Positions 49,712 to 60,099 of a DNA stretch of 64,000 nt are shown here, one piece after another (position 1 is the first letter of the stretch; each line of letters starts with the position of its first letter). Where the stretch lies: the sequence record CP071152.1; one strand, given 5' to 3'. This DNA is from a plasmid. The translations under genes were made by a program, and so were the position numbers. The notes under the pieces are model-generated. The model did not search any database. It was not told the DNA's origin and saw only the letters and a list, made by a program, of their open reading frames with translations.

Positions 49712-50706
49712 CCGTGGACGAATATCCCATCATCGACCTGTCCCACCTGCTGCCGGCGGCCCAGGGCTTGGCCCGTCTTCCGGCGGACGAGCGCATCCAG
49801 CGCCTTCGCGCCGACCGCTGGATCGGCTATCCGCGCGCAGTCGAGGCGCTGAACCGGCTGGAAGCCCTTTATGCGTGGCCAAACAAGCAACGCATGCCCA
49901 ACCTGCTGCTGGTTGGCCCGACCAACAATGGCAAGTCGATGATCGTCGAGAAGTTCCGCCGCACCCACCCGGCCAGCTCCGACGCCGACCAGGAGCACAT
50001 CCCGGTGTTGGTCGTGCAGATGCCGTCCGAGCCGTCCGTGATCCGCTTCTACGTCGCGCTGCTCGCCGCGATGGGCGCGCCGCTGCGCCCACGCCCACGG
50101 TTGCCGGAAATGGAGCAACTGGCTCTGGCACTGCTGCGCAAGGTCGGCGTGCGCATGCTGGTGATCGACGAGCTGCACAACGTGCTGGCCGGCAACAGCG
50201 TCAACCGCCGGGAATTCCTCAACCTGCTGCGCTTCCTCGGCAACGAACTGCGCATCCCGTTGGTTGGGGTAGGCACGCGCGACGCCTACCTAGCCATCCG
50301 CTCCGATGACCAGTTGGAAAATCGCTTCGAGCCGATGATGCTGCCGGTATGGGAGGCCAACGACGATTGCTGCTCACTGCTGGCCAGCTTCGCCGCTTCG
50401 CTCCCGCTGCGCCGGCCTTCCCCAATTGCCACGCTGGACATGGCTCGCTACCTGCTCACACGCAGCGAGGGCACCATAGGGGAACTGGCGCACTTGCTGA
50501 TGGCGGCGGCCATCGTCGCCGTGGAGAGCGGCGAGGAAGCGATCAACCATCGCACACTCAGCATGGCCTGTCGACAACCTCTCGCGCAACCAAGACATCG
50601 CGGTCGGACTGCAAGTGATCTTGAAGCCACGGGCCCGTCCCACCCCGACATGGACCTCGATGCCCGAACGGACGTTAGATTTCGAGTTCTAGGCGTTCTG
50701 CGATGA
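49705..50706 (+). pseudogene. tniB: tniB (NTP-binding transposition protein), 3'-truncated (tniBΔ) and fused to 3'-CS sequence
   Basis: A Walker A motif 'GPTNNGKS'. It matches TniB up to about codon 290, then reads into unrelated sequence antisense to orf5. Confidence 0.8.
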
Positions 50707-51175
50707 AGGTTGGATCCCAGCCGGGATTGAAAGTGTCGACGTGGGTGAATCCGAGCCGCTCGTATAGGCCACGCAGGTTCGGGTGGCAGTCGAGCCGCAG
50801 CTTGGCGCACCCCTGCGTTCGCGCGGCATGGCGGCAAGCCTCGATCAGCGCGGAGCTGACACCCCGGCCCGCATGTGTCCGTCGCACCGCGAGCTTGTGC
50901 AGATATGCGGCCTCCCCCTTGAGGGCGTCGGGCCAGAACTCGGGATCCTCGGCCGACAAGGTGCAACAGCCGACGATGCCGTCGCTGCAACTCGCGACTA
51001 GGAGCTCGGATCTCAGGACGAAGGTCTCCGCGAATGTCCGGTCGATCCGCGCGACGTCCCAGGCGGGCGTTCCCTTGGCGGACATCCACGCCGCAGCGTC
51101 GTGCATCAGCCGCACAACCTCGTCGATATCACCCGAGCAGGCGACCCGAACGTTCGGAGGCTCCTCGCTGTCCAT
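50675..51175 (-). CDS. orf5: orf5 GNAT-family acetyltransferase of the class 1 integron 3'-CS
   Basis: 166 aa. 'MDSEEPPNVRVACSGDIDEVVRLMHDAAAWMSAKG'. Confidence 0.85.
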   Translation of the reverse strand: MDSEEPPNVRVACSGDIDEVVRLMHDAAAWMSAKGTPAWDVARIDRTFAETFVLRSELLVASCSDGIVGCCTLSAEDPEFWPDALKGEAAYLHKLAVRRTHAGRGVSSALIEACRHAARTQGCAKLRLDCHPNLRGLYERLGFTHVDTFNPGWDPTFIAERLELEI

Positions 51176-51302
51176 TCGCTCCCCTGGCGCGGTATGAACC
51201 GCCGCCTCATAGTGCAGTTTGATCCTGACGAGCCCAGCATGTCTGCGCCCACCTTCGCGGAACCTGACCAGGGTCCGCTAGCGGGCGGCCGGAAGGTGAA
51301 TG

Positions 51303-52153
51303 CTAGGCATGATCTAACCCTCGGTCTCTGGCGTCGCGACTGCGAAATTTCGCGAGGGTTTCCGAGAAGGTGATTGCGCTTCGCAGATCTCCAGGCGCGT
51401 GGGTGCGGACGTAGTCAGCGCCATTGCCGATCGCGTGAAGTTCCGCCGCAAGGCTCGCTGGACCCAGATCCTTTACAGGAAGGCCAACGGTGGCGCCCAA
51501 GAAGGATTTCCGCGACACCGAGACCAATAGCGGAAGCCCCAACGCCGACTTCAGCTTTTGAAGGTTCGACAGCACGTGCAGCGATGTTTCCGGTGCGGGG
51601 CTCAAGAAAAATCCCATCCCCGGATCGAGGATGAGCCGGTCGGCAGCGACCCCGCTCCGTCGCAAGGCGGAAACCCGCGCCTCGAAGAACCGCACAATCT
51701 CGTCGAGCGCGTCTTCGGGTCGAAGGTGACCGGTGCGGGTGGCGATGCCATCCCGCTGCGCTGAGTGCATAACCACCAGCCTGCAGTCCGCCTCAGCAAT
51801 ATCGGGATAGAGCGCAGGGTCAGGAAATCCTGGATATCGTTCAGGTAGCCCACGCCGCGCTTGAGCGCATAGCGCTGGGTTTCCGGTTGGAAGCTGTCGA
51901 TTGAAACACGGTGCATCTGATCGGACAGGGCGTCTAAGAGCGGCGCAATACGTCTGATCTCATCGGCCGGCGATACAGGCCTCGCGTCCGGATGGCTGGC
52001 GGCCGGTCCGACATCCACGACGTCTGATCCGACTCGCAGCATTTCGATCGCCGCGGTGACAGCGCCGGCGGGGTCTAGCCGCCGGCTCTCATCGAAGAAG
52101 GAGTCCTCGGTGAGATTCAGAATGCCGAACACCGTCACCCTGCTGCGTAACAT
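51303..52153 (-). pseudogene. sul1: sul1 dihydropteroate synthase with a 1-bp deletion (frameshift near 51800); its 5' end is fused into attI1
   Basis: It matches Sul1 over two frames (ORFs 51303..51776 and 51602..52153). The start reads 'MLRSRVTVFGILNL', where MLRSR comes from attI1 sequence. Confidence 0.85.
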
Positions 52154-52254
52154 CGTTGCTGCTCCATAACATCAAACATCGACCCACGGCGTAACGCGCT
52201 TGCTGCTTGGATGCCCGAGGCATAGACTGTACAAAAAAACAGTCATAACAAGCC
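52141..52254. other. attI1/5'-CS remnant (inverted) joined directly to sul1
   Basis: The reverse complement matches 43540-43647 up to '...GTTACGCAGCAGG', then continues as sul1 'GTGACGGTG'. Confidence 0.8.
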
Positions 52255-53100
52255 ATGAAAACCGCCACTGCGCCGTTACCACCGCTGCGTTCGGTCAAGG
52301 TTCTGGACCAGTTGCGTGAGCGCATACGCTACTTGCATTACAGTTTACGAACCGAACAGGCTTATGTCCACTGGGTTCGTGCCTTCATCCGTTTCCACGG
52401 TGTGCGTCACCCGGCAACCTTGGGCAGCAGCGAAGTCGAGGCATTTCTGTCCTGGCTGGCGAACGAGCGCAAGGTTTCGGTCTCCACGCATCGTCAGGCA
52501 TTGGCGGCCTTGCTGTTCTTCTACGGCAAGGTGCTGTGCACGGATCTGCCCTGGCTTCAGGAGATCGGAAGACCTCGGCCGTCGCGGCGCTTGCCGGTGG
52601 TGCTGACCCCGGATGAAGTGGTTCGCATCCTCGGTTTTCTGGAAGGCGAGCATCGTTTGTTCGCCCAGCTTCTGTATGGAACGGGCATGCGGATCAGTGA
52701 GGGTTTGCAACTGCTGGCGGCACTGGTCCCGCCACCTCGCGCGCATCTCACCCGCTTCCACGGCGTATTCGCCCCGAATGCAAACCTGCGTGCGCAGCTG
52801 ACGCCATCGGGGCGCGGCAAGCGGCCTGCGAGCGATGCAGTGCCGGTGGACGTCAGCGCCCACGACGAGCCGCGCAGCCCCGAGCAGAAGCGCCGTGCGA
52901 TGAGCTGGGCGCAACGGCTCAAGCGGGTCTTTTCCATCGACATCACCACCTGCGCCCACTGCGGCGGCGCGGTGCGGATCGTCGCCAGCATCGAGGAACC
53001 CACCGCCATCCGCGCCATCCTCGCCCACTTCGAGAAGCACGGCGCGCTGGAGCAAGCGCACTACCGGCCCGCAGCGCGCGCGCCGCCGCCGGCCGCGTGA
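52255..53100 (+). pseudogene. Chimeric ORF: intI1 5' 143 codons fused to the 3' 138 codons of an ISCR (IS91-family) transposase
   Basis: '[10 protein letters not shown]...[10 protein letters not shown]' is IntI1. '|[23 protein letters not shown]...[13 protein letters not shown]' is the ISCR transposase C-terminus. The junction is near 52710. Confidence 0.85.
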
Positions 53101-53346
53101 CGAGGTGCCGGCCACACAGCCGGCAGCCAAGCCAGAGTCGGATCCGATGCGGCCACGACCCCGCAGGGCTGCGCTCGGCCCTGTGCCGGGATTCGGTGAG
53201 AAATGGCTACGCACTGAGCCGCTGCGCGGCCCCGCGATGTCGAAAACCCACGCATGAACCCCCGATCTGTGCCCGATCTGTGCCCAAAGCGGCGCTTGCG
53301 CGGCCGCTTCCTACCCGCCAGACTCGCAAAAAAGGGCGGTTGAACT
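53101..53346 (+). mobile_element. ISCR oriIS-type terminal region (ends ...GGTTGAACTTCCTATACCC), copy 1 of 3
   Basis: It recurs nearly identically at 58099-58355 and 62771-63025, in each case just after the 3' end of the transposase gene. Confidence 0.75.
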
Positions 53347-53536
53347 TCCTATACCCAATGGTGCACGCGTCGAGGATCGATCCAAGTTCGAGATCAACGA
53401 GATTGCCGTCCTTGACGCGGTATTCGCGGTCATAGCCCTTGGCGATGAACGACTGGACTGCTTCTAGAACGTCGGTCACTTCGGATGTCATGCGCGCACT
53501 TTCATATCGAGTTGGATTGGACGCGCTTCCGCACAA
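53343..53536 (-). pseudogene. Small ORF (MTSEVTDVLEAVQSFIAKGYDREYRVKDGNLVDLELGSILDAC...) truncated by the ISCR end
   Basis: The native reading frame runs into the oriIS sequence at 53346. Confidence 0.3.
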
Positions 53537-53585
53537 GTCGTGCTTTGGTCCATCAGATGACGGAGAAGAGCGCGGAGTGCGGAGT

Positions 53586-54554
53586 TCATAGCCACTTGGA
53601 CTTCTTGAAGCGCACGAACAGGATGAGGCTGGACACCGCGATCAGCCCGAGCACGACGAAGTAGCCATAGGTCGTGTTCAGCTCCGGCATGTGCTTAAAG
53701 TTCATGCCGTATATTCCAGCGATCGCCGTCGGGACTGCCAGTATTGCCGCCCAGGCCGCGAGCTGGCGGGTGACCACACCGATCCTTTGCGCTTCCAGAA
53801 GGCTGCTGGCCTCAAAGACCGTGGACAGGACAAGCAGGAGGCCGTCGACCATGGACTGCACGCGGTGGACATGGTCCGCGACGTCGTGGAAATATGGTGT
53901 CATTTCGGCGCTGATGCAGGGAAAGTGGCCGCGAACGAGCTTTCGCACCAGCTCGGCCATAGCCCTGAGCGTGCGCTGGAACCGCGTGAGTTCGGACCTT
54001 AGTTCGAAGATTCGCGCCACCTCTTCTGGCCCGAGGAAGTCGTGCAGCGACCGTCGTTCCATGGCCAGGACGTCGTCCTCGATCATTTCGAAGATGGGCA
54101 GATACTGGTCGACCACGCGGTGCAGGATCGCATGCAGCACATAGTCGACACCCTTGCCGAACTGCGTCGGCGATGCCTCGAGTTGCGCCCGAAGTTTGCC
54201 CAGCGCTCCGGCATTGCCGTGCCGCACGGTGATAAGGTGATTGTGACCGGTGAAGATCGCCATCTTGCCGTAGCTGATCCGGTCGCCGACCAGCTCGGCG
54301 GTCTGCGCGACGACGTACAACTCATCGTTGTAGACCTCGAGCTTGGGCGGGCACAGCGGGTGCATCGCGTTGTCGATCGCCAACGGATGAAGATTATATG
54401 TCCTTTGGATCGCGAGTAGTTCCTCGGGGGTGGGTTCGCTAAGCGCGATCCAGCAGAAGCCCGAGCGACTCTCGCCCAACTTGACGTGCTCATCGAGCGC
54501 GATTTCGCGAACTCGCTTGCCTTCGTTGTAATAATAGGCGGCGATGATGCTCAT
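53586..54554 (-). CDS. corA: CorA magnesium/cobalt transporter
   Basis: The 'GMNF' motif and two C-terminal transmembrane helices. 'MSIIAAYYYNEGKRV'. The start overlaps the gst stop. Confidence 0.85.
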   Translation of the reverse strand: MSIIAAYYYNEGKRVREIALDEHVKLGESRSGFCWIALSEPTPEELLAIQRTYNLHPLAIDNAMHPLCPPKLEVYNDELYVVAQTAELVGDRISYGKMAIFTGHNHLITVRHGNAGALGKLRAQLEASPTQFGKGVDYVLHAILHRVVDQYLPIFEMIEDDVLAMERRSLHDFLGPEEVARIFELRSELTRFQRTLRAMAELVRKLVRGHFPCISAEMTPYFHDVADHVHRVQSMVDGLLLVLSTVFEASSLLEAQRIGVVTRQLAAWAAILAVPTAIAGIYGMNFKHMPELNTTYGYFVVLGLIAVSSLILFVRFKKSKWL

Positions 54555-55255
54555 GCTGGCCTCGCGGGAATGTGGAGGCCACGCTGGACGGCCGGTCGAG
54601 CCAGCCCGCGTCCAAGCCATGCGCGGACGTTCGAAAAGCTGCTGAGGCCAAGGATGTCACCCGCAGCGTAGAATTCCACCAGCGCATTCACCCAGCCGAG
54701 CGTCGCGATGTCCGCGATCGAATAGTCGTCGACGATCCAGTCGCGGCCTTCCAGCCGGCGATCCAGAATCCCCAGCAGACGCGTGGATTCGTCGATAAAG
54801 CGCTGTTGCGGCCGCTTGTCCTCATAGTCCTTGCCGCCAAATCGCAGGAAGAAGCCGAGCTGACCGAACATCGGCCCGATGGCCGACATCTGAAAGAACA
54901 CCCAGGCCAGAGTCTCGTATCGTTGGGTGGGTGTGGTTGAGATGAACTGGCCAGTCTTTTCGGCCAGATAGACGAGGATCGCACCGGATTCCCATAAGGC
55001 GATGGGTCTACCGTCAGGGCCAGCCGGATCGATGATCGCCGGTATGCGTCCGTTCGGGTTCAGCGACACGAACGCCGGATCCTTCGACTCGTTGTTCGAG
55101 ATGTCGATCAGGTGGGGCTCGTACGCCAGGCCAGTCTCCTCAAGCATGATCGAGACCTTGACGCCATTGGGCGTAGGGGCTGCGTAGAGTTGCAGGCGAT
55201 CGGGATGAGATGCCGGCCAGCGCTGCGTGATCGGAAAGGACGAGAGGTCTGGCAT
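54551..55255 (-). CDS. Glutathione S-transferase (YfcG/YghU-like)
   Basis: A thioredoxin-like N-terminal domain 'LQLYAAPTPNGVKVSIMLEE' and a GST C-terminal domain. The start is uncertain; the ORF extends to 55351. Confidence 0.75.
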   Translation of the reverse strand: MPDLSSFPITQRWPASHPDRLQLYAAPTPNGVKVSIMLEETGLAYEPHLIDISNNESKDPAFVSLNPNGRIPAIIDPAGPDGRPIALWESGAILVYLAEKTGQFISTTPTQRYETLAWVFFQMSAIGPMFGQLGFFLRFGGKDYEDKRPQQRFIDESTRLLGILDRRLEGRDWIVDDYSIADIATLGWVNALVEFYAAGDILGLSSFSNVRAWLGRGLARPAVQRGLHIPARPA

Positions 55256-55395
55256 AAATCTGCGATCCTGGTGTTGCGATGGCGACTGACTGGAACGAGC
55301 CGTCACTCTGAAGTAGGGTTCGATGACCGCGTCGCTGAACGACGCGGTCACGAAGATTGCGGACCGGACCGGCGCAGTGGCAACGGCAGTGAAGC

Positions 55396-55935
55396 CTATT
55401 CCGCCGCGGTCTCGGCCGCTGGCTGTACGTCGTCAACCTTTTGGCGCTTCGGAAGCACCCAGCCGGGACGGACGAAGTGGCAGGTGTAGCCGCCCGGGCG
55501 CTTCTCCAGATAATCCTGGTGATCGGGCTCGGCCTCCCAGAACTCGCCGACCGGCTGGACCTCGGTCACCACTTTGCCATCCCACAGCCCCGAGGCATCC
55601 ACATCGGCGATCGTATCCTCGGCGACGCGCTTCTGCTCCTCGTCGACATAATAGATGCCCGACCGGTAGGAGAGCCCACGATCATTGCCCTGGCGGTTCA
55701 GCGTCGTCGGATCGTGGATCTGGAAGAAGAATTCCAGGATGTTCCGGTAGCTCGTCACTGTCGGGTCGAAGACAATCTCGATCCCCTCGGCATGCGTGCC
55801 GTGATTACGATACGTGGCGTTCGGAATATCGCCGCCCGTGTAACCCACACGGGTCGAGATGATGCCGGGCCGCTTGCGGATCAGATCCTGCATGCCCCAG
55901 AAACATCCTCCTGCGAGAACAGCGCGCTGATGCAT
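55396..55935 (-). CDS. msrA: Peptide methionine sulfoxide reductase MsrA
   Basis: The active-site motif 'GCFWG' in '[12 protein letters not shown]'. Confidence 0.9.
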   Translation of the reverse strand: MHQRAVLAGGCFWGMQDLIRKRPGIISTRVGYTGGDIPNATYRNHGTHAEGIEIVFDPTVTSYRNILEFFFQIHDPTTLNRQGNDRGLSYRSGIYYVDEEQKRVAEDTIADVDASGLWDGKVVTEVQPVGEFWEAEPDHQDYLEKRPGGYTCHFVRPGWVLPKRQKVDDVQPAAETAAE

Positions 55936-55936
55936 G

Positions 55937-56392
55937 TTAAGCCTCCTCTACTTGATCGAGATATTCACCGTATCCCTCGGACTCCATCTCGTCGCGCGGG
56001 ATGAAGCGAAGGGACGCTGAGTTGATGCAGTACCGCAGACCGCCGCGGTCGGAAGGACCATCGGGGAACACATGGCCGAGATGACTGTCTGCGTGTACTG
56101 ACCTGACCTCCGTCCGGACCATGCCGTGTGCGCTGTCCCGCACCTCGTTCACGTTTGCCGAAACGATCGGCTTGGTGAAGCTGGGCCAGCCAGTACCCGA
56201 ATCGAACTTGTCCGTCGAAGCGAACAGTGGCTCTCCCGACACTATGTCGACGTAGATGCCAGGCTCCTTGTTGTCGTTGTACTCGCCCGTGAAGGGCCTT
56301 TCGGTCCCCGACTCCTGGGTAATCCGGCGTTGCTCGGGGGTCAGGCGGTCAACTGCTGTCTGTGACTTTTCAAACTTCATGATAGTCTCCAA
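55937..56392 (-). CDS. msrB: Peptide methionine sulfoxide reductase MsrB
   Basis: The SelR domain, with '[11 protein letters not shown]' and 'CGWPSF'-like motifs. Confidence 0.9.
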   Translation of the reverse strand: METIMKFEKSQTAVDRLTPEQRRITQESGTERPFTGEYNDNKEPGIYVDIVSGEPLFASTDKFDSGTGWPSFTKPIVSANVNEVRDSAHGMVRTEVRSVHADSHLGHVFPDGPSDRGGLRYCINSASLRFIPRDEMESEGYGEYLDQVEEA

Positions 56393-56627
56393 TAATTAAT
56401 CTAGAGCCGACATTCCCCAAGTGGCCTGCCGCTTGACTTCAAGATCGCCTGATTTTGCTCGCTGGGCAAGCGTTTTTCGCCCCGAGCGGTGTCTGTCGTC
56501 GCGCAAACGGCCGAAGTCGGGTGGATCAAGCCTCGAACCCGCAGCATTCTGGCCCGGCAGAGCCGCTTTTCCGCGCGGCAGACGGACCTGTCCTGCCGCT
56601 TTCGTTCAGCTTGGGCATGGATCGTGG

Positions 56628-56845
56628 TCATGCGCATGACGGAGGCGTTCGAAGACGGCGGATGGCGGCAAGGACGGCCCGCACCATCGGGCCGGTGACG
56701 GCGACCTCGGCCAACTGGAAGGTAATGGCGCGGGCGTGGCGGACGACGCGGGCGCCGATCTTGATCAGCTTGAGTTGCAGGCTGGTCAACGACCAGTCCG
56801 CCATGGCCTCGGGCAGTTCGATGCAGCGCAGGAAGGAGAGGCTGG
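56628..56845 (-). pseudogene. C-terminal fragment of a DDE transposase (IS4/IS5-like 'LQLKLIKIGARVVRHARAITFQLAEVAV'), cut by the ISCR junction
   Basis: The ORF 56628..56900 diverges from ISCR sequence upstream of about 56845. Confidence 0.5.
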
Positions 56846-58355
56846 TGGCGTATTCCTGCAAGAAGCGCGGGCTGTGCCCGAGCTGCGGCGCACGGCGCAT
56901 GGCCGAGTCGGCGCGGCATCTGGTGGACGAGGTGTTCGGCCCGCGGCCGGTGCGGCAATGGGTGCTGAGTTTCCCCTACCCGTTGCGCTTCCTGTTCGCC
57001 AGCAAGCCGGAGGCCATCAGCCCGGTGCTGGGCATCGTGCATCGTGTGATCGCCGGTTGGCTTGCCGATCAGGCCGGCGTGCCGCGGGATACGGCGCAAT
57101 GCGGCGTGGTGACCCTGATCCAGCGCTTCGGCAGCGCGCTGAATCTCAACATCCACTTCCACATGCTGTGGCTCGACGGCGTGTACGACGCGAACGTCGA
57201 GCCGCCGCGGCGCAAGCCGCGCCTGCGCCGCGCCCGTGCCCCCACCTCTGCGCAACTGACGCAGCTCGCCAACACCATCGCGCATCGCGTCTGCCGGCAC
57301 CTGACGCGCAAAGGCTGGCTGGAAGGCGAAGACGAATCCGTGTTCCTGTCCGACAGCGCGGGTAGCGACGACGGCATGGATGGGCTGCGGATGAGTTCGA
57401 TGACCTACCGCATCGCCACCGGTCGCGACGCTGGCCGCAAGGTCGTCACGCTGCAAACGCTACCCGGCGATGCGGGTTCTCTGGACGCCGACGCCGGCAA
57501 GGTCGGCGGCTTCTCGCTGCATGCCGGCGTGGCCGCGGAAGCACACGAAAGCCACAAGCTCGAAAAGCTGTGCCGCTACATCACGCGCCCGGCGATCAGC
57601 GAGCAGCGGCTGTCGATCTCACCGCAGGGTAGGGTGCGGTATCAGCTCAAGACGCCGTGGCGAAATGGGACCACGCATGTCGAATGGGATGCGGTGGACT
57701 TCATCGCCAAGCTGGCGGCGCTGGTCCCGCCACCGCGCGCCCACCTGACCCGCTTCCACGGGGTGTTTGCCCCGAACGCCGCCCTGCGCGCACAGTTGAC
57801 GCCATCGGGGCGCGGCAGGCGGCCTGCGGGCGATGCGGCGCCGGTTGACGCAAGCGCCCACGACGAGCCGCGCAGCCCCGAGCAGAAGCGCCGTGCGATG
57901 AGCTGGGCGCAACGGCTCAAGCGGGTCTTTTCCATCGACGTCACCACCTGCGCCCACTGCGGCGGCGCGGTGCGGATCGTCGCCAGCATCGAAGACCCCA
58001 AGGCCATTCGCGCCATCCTCGCCCACTTCGAGAAACACCGCGCGCTGGAGCAAGCGCACTACCGGCCCGCAGCGCGCGCGCCGCCGCCGGCCGCGTGACG
58101 AGGTGCCGGCCACACAGCCGGCAGCCAAGCCAGAGTCCGATCCGATGCGGCCACGACCCCGCAGGGCTGCGCTCGGCCCTGTGCCGGGATTCGGTGAGAA
58201 ATGGCTACGCACTGAGCCGCTGCGTGGCCCCGCGATGTCGAAAACCCACGCATGAACCCCCGATCTGTGCCCGATCTGTGCCCAAAGCGGCGCTTGCGCG
58301 GCCGCTTCCTACCCGCCAGACTCGCCAAAAAGGGCGGTTGAACTTCCTATACCCC
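56845..58355 (+). mobile_element. ISCR3/ISCR27-like element, 5'-truncated (transposase from about codon 125 onward, plus the oriIS end)
   Basis: The transposase ORF 56455..58098 matches the full copy from 'RLVAYSCKKRGLCPSCGARRM' onward. The HUH/Y2 motifs are 'NIHFHMLWLDGVY'. Confidence 0.85.
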
Positions 58356-58907
58356 GACCAGCGGCGCACCGGTTTGCTGGATCGCCTCGGCAACATTTGC
58401 GAGATTGAGCCCGCCAGCCAGCCCCCACGGCAAAGCACTGCGATAGCCGGCCAGTAGCGACCAGTCGAAAGCCAGCCCCATCCCGCCGGGCAGCGCGCCT
58501 TTGGGCGTCTTGGCGTCGAACAGGATCAGATCCGCCGCCCCGGCATAGGCGGCGGCGCGCGCTAAATCGCTGGCGCTGGCGATGGGCAGCGCCTTCCACA
58601 CCGGTTTGCCGAACCGGGCGCGAAACTGGGCAACACGTTCGGGCGTTTCGGAGCCATGGAGTTGCAACACATCGAGCCGTGCCGCCGCCAGGGCCTCGGC
58701 AATTGTCGCATCGTCTGCATCGACAAACAGGCCAACCATTGCGATCCGCCCCGATGCACGCGCCGTCAGAGCACCGGCGACATTCGGCGTCACCGCACGA
58801 GGCGACGCTGGATAGAACACCAGCCCGGCGTAGTCCACCCGCGCCGCAATGGTCGCGTCGAGCGCCTCGGGCGTGCTGATCCCGCAAATCTTGATCCTGG
58901 CGGGCAT
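58347..58907 (-). CDS. trpF: Phosphoribosylanthranilate isomerase TrpF; its last two codons and stop are supplied by the ISCR terminus (trpFΔ)
   Basis: The PRAI fold 'MPARIKICGISTPEALD...'. The stop TAG lies within 'TTCCTATACCCC'. Confidence 0.8.
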   Translation of the reverse strand: MPARIKICGISTPEALDATIAARVDYAGLVFYPASPRAVTPNVAGALTARASGRIAMVGLFVDADDATIAEALAAARLDVLQLHGSETPERVAQFRARFGKPVWKALPIASASDLARAAAYAGAADLILFDAKTPKGALPGGMGLAFDWSLLAGYRSALPWGLAGGLNLANVAEAIQQTGAPLVGV

Positions 58908-58911
58908 CAGC

Positions 58912-59277
58912 TCAGTCGGGGTTCTGGATCAGCCGCACCAGCGTGCAGTCGGGATCAATCAGGTAGCCGATCCTCAGGCCGCTCGCCTCCAGTTGCGGCG
59001 CTTTGAAGCGCGGCCAACCGGTGCTTTTCTCCTCTACCCCAGCCGCATGGACCAGCGCGACAATGGCATCCAGATCGTCAAGCCGCAGACAGCAGCCGAA
59101 CGAACTCGTCGCCGGATCAAGGTCAGGATAGGGGAAGAACTCAAGCTGCAAGCCGCCGCGTTGCAGGATCATCCAGCCGCGATCCTTCCAGCTCGTCGCA
59201 AACCCCAACTTGGCGTAAAACGCCTCGGTCACATCGAAATCGCGCGAGGGCAGATTGGGTGTGACGTGGTCAGCCAT
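58912..59277 (-). CDS. ble: Bleomycin-binding (glyoxalase-fold) protein homologous to, but divergent from, BleMBL
   Basis: 121 aa. The N-terminal 'MADHVTPNLPSRDFD' matches BleMBL; the remainder is only moderately similar. Confidence 0.8.
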   Translation of the reverse strand: MADHVTPNLPSRDFDVTEAFYAKLGFATSWKDRGWMILQRGGLQLEFFPYPDLDPATSSFGCCLRLDDLDAIVALVHAAGVEEKSTGWPRFKAPQLEASGLRIGYLIDPDCTLVRLIQNPD

Positions 59278-59280
59278 GGC

Positions 59281-60084
59281 TCAGCGCAGCTTGTCGGCCA
59301 TCCGCGCGGTGTGGGTGATCGCGGCGCGGCTGTCAGGCGCGGAATGGCTCATCGCAATCGTGTTCGCCTTCGGAAAAGCCGCACCAAATGCGCGCGCCGA
59401 GGCGGCATAGCGTTCGGTGTCGGCATCGCCGAGATTGCCGAGCGACTTGGCCTTGCTGTCTTTGATCAGGCAGCCGCCAAAGGCGATGTCGGTGCCATCG
59501 ATCCCGACGGTGATATTGTCACTGGTGTGGCCGGGGCCGGGATAGAACACCCTGAGCGGCCCGAAATTGGGCGCGGTCGCCGGGTCGACCCAGCCGTTGG
59601 CGGCGAAGGTCAGGCTGTGCTGCGCCGCCGTCATCCCCTCTTGCGGGGCAAGCTGGTTCGACAAGGCATTGGCGTAAGTGGGGATTGCCTCCGCGTGCAG
59701 CGCGCCCATCCCGCCCATCTTGTCCTGATGCGCGTGGGTGACCACCGCCAGCGCCACCGGCAGATTGATCTCTTGCTTAATCCAGTTGAGGATCTGGCTG
59801 GTCTGATCATCGGTCCAGGCGGTATCGACCAACAGCACCCGTTCGCCATCCTTGACGATCAGCCCGTTGGAAGAAACCGCGCCAAAGCCCGGCACATCCA
59901 TGAACGAGGTATGTTGCCACACATTGGGCGCCAGCTGGCGGAACACCAGATCGCCGAAGCGCTGGTCACCCTTATCCACCTGCTCACCAATCGACGGGCG
60001 GATCTCGCCGGGGATGCAGCCGGGCAGCGCCATGGCCAAAGCCAGCGGCAAGCCAATCCGCGCGATGTTCGATTTCGTAATCAT
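59281..60084 (-). CDS. Subclass B1 metallo-beta-lactamase, NDM-like (about 90% identical to NDM-1 in the mature region, with a different non-chimeric N-terminus)
   Basis: It is collinear with NDM-1 from 'PGEIRP' to 'ARMADKLR'. The zinc ligands are conserved (HAHQD, GGC, SHS). About 25 substitutions, and the first 22 residues are unrelated ([23 protein letters not shown]). Confidence 0.9.
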   Translation of the reverse strand: MITKSNIARIGLPLALAMALPGCIPGEIRPSIGEQVDKGDQRFGDLVFRQLAPNVWQHTSFMDVPGFGAVSSNGLIVKDGERVLLVDTAWTDDQTSQILNWIKQEINLPVALAVVTHAHQDKMGGMGALHAEAIPTYANALSNQLAPQEGMTAAQHSLTFAANGWVDPATAPNFGPLRVFYPGPGHTSDNITVGIDGTDIAFGGCLIKDSKAKSLGNLGDADTERYAASARAFGAAFPKANTIAMSHSAPDSRAAITHTARMADKLR

Positions 60085-60099
60085 AATGTCGCCTCAATC

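Noticed and set aside
49405-50178. 257-aa minus-strand ORF and several ORFs across tniB and orf5 (49575..50309, 50448..51089, 50703..51197)
   Set aside because: They overlap well-defined tniB and orf5 on the other strand or in another frame, in GC-rich DNA.
56401-57456. 351-aa minus-strand ORF and 60614..62227 (537 aa, minus strand) across the ISCR copies
   Set aside because: They are antisense to the ISCR transposase genes, which carry the diagnostic HUH/zinc-finger motifs. The same antisense ORF recurs only because the element is repeated.
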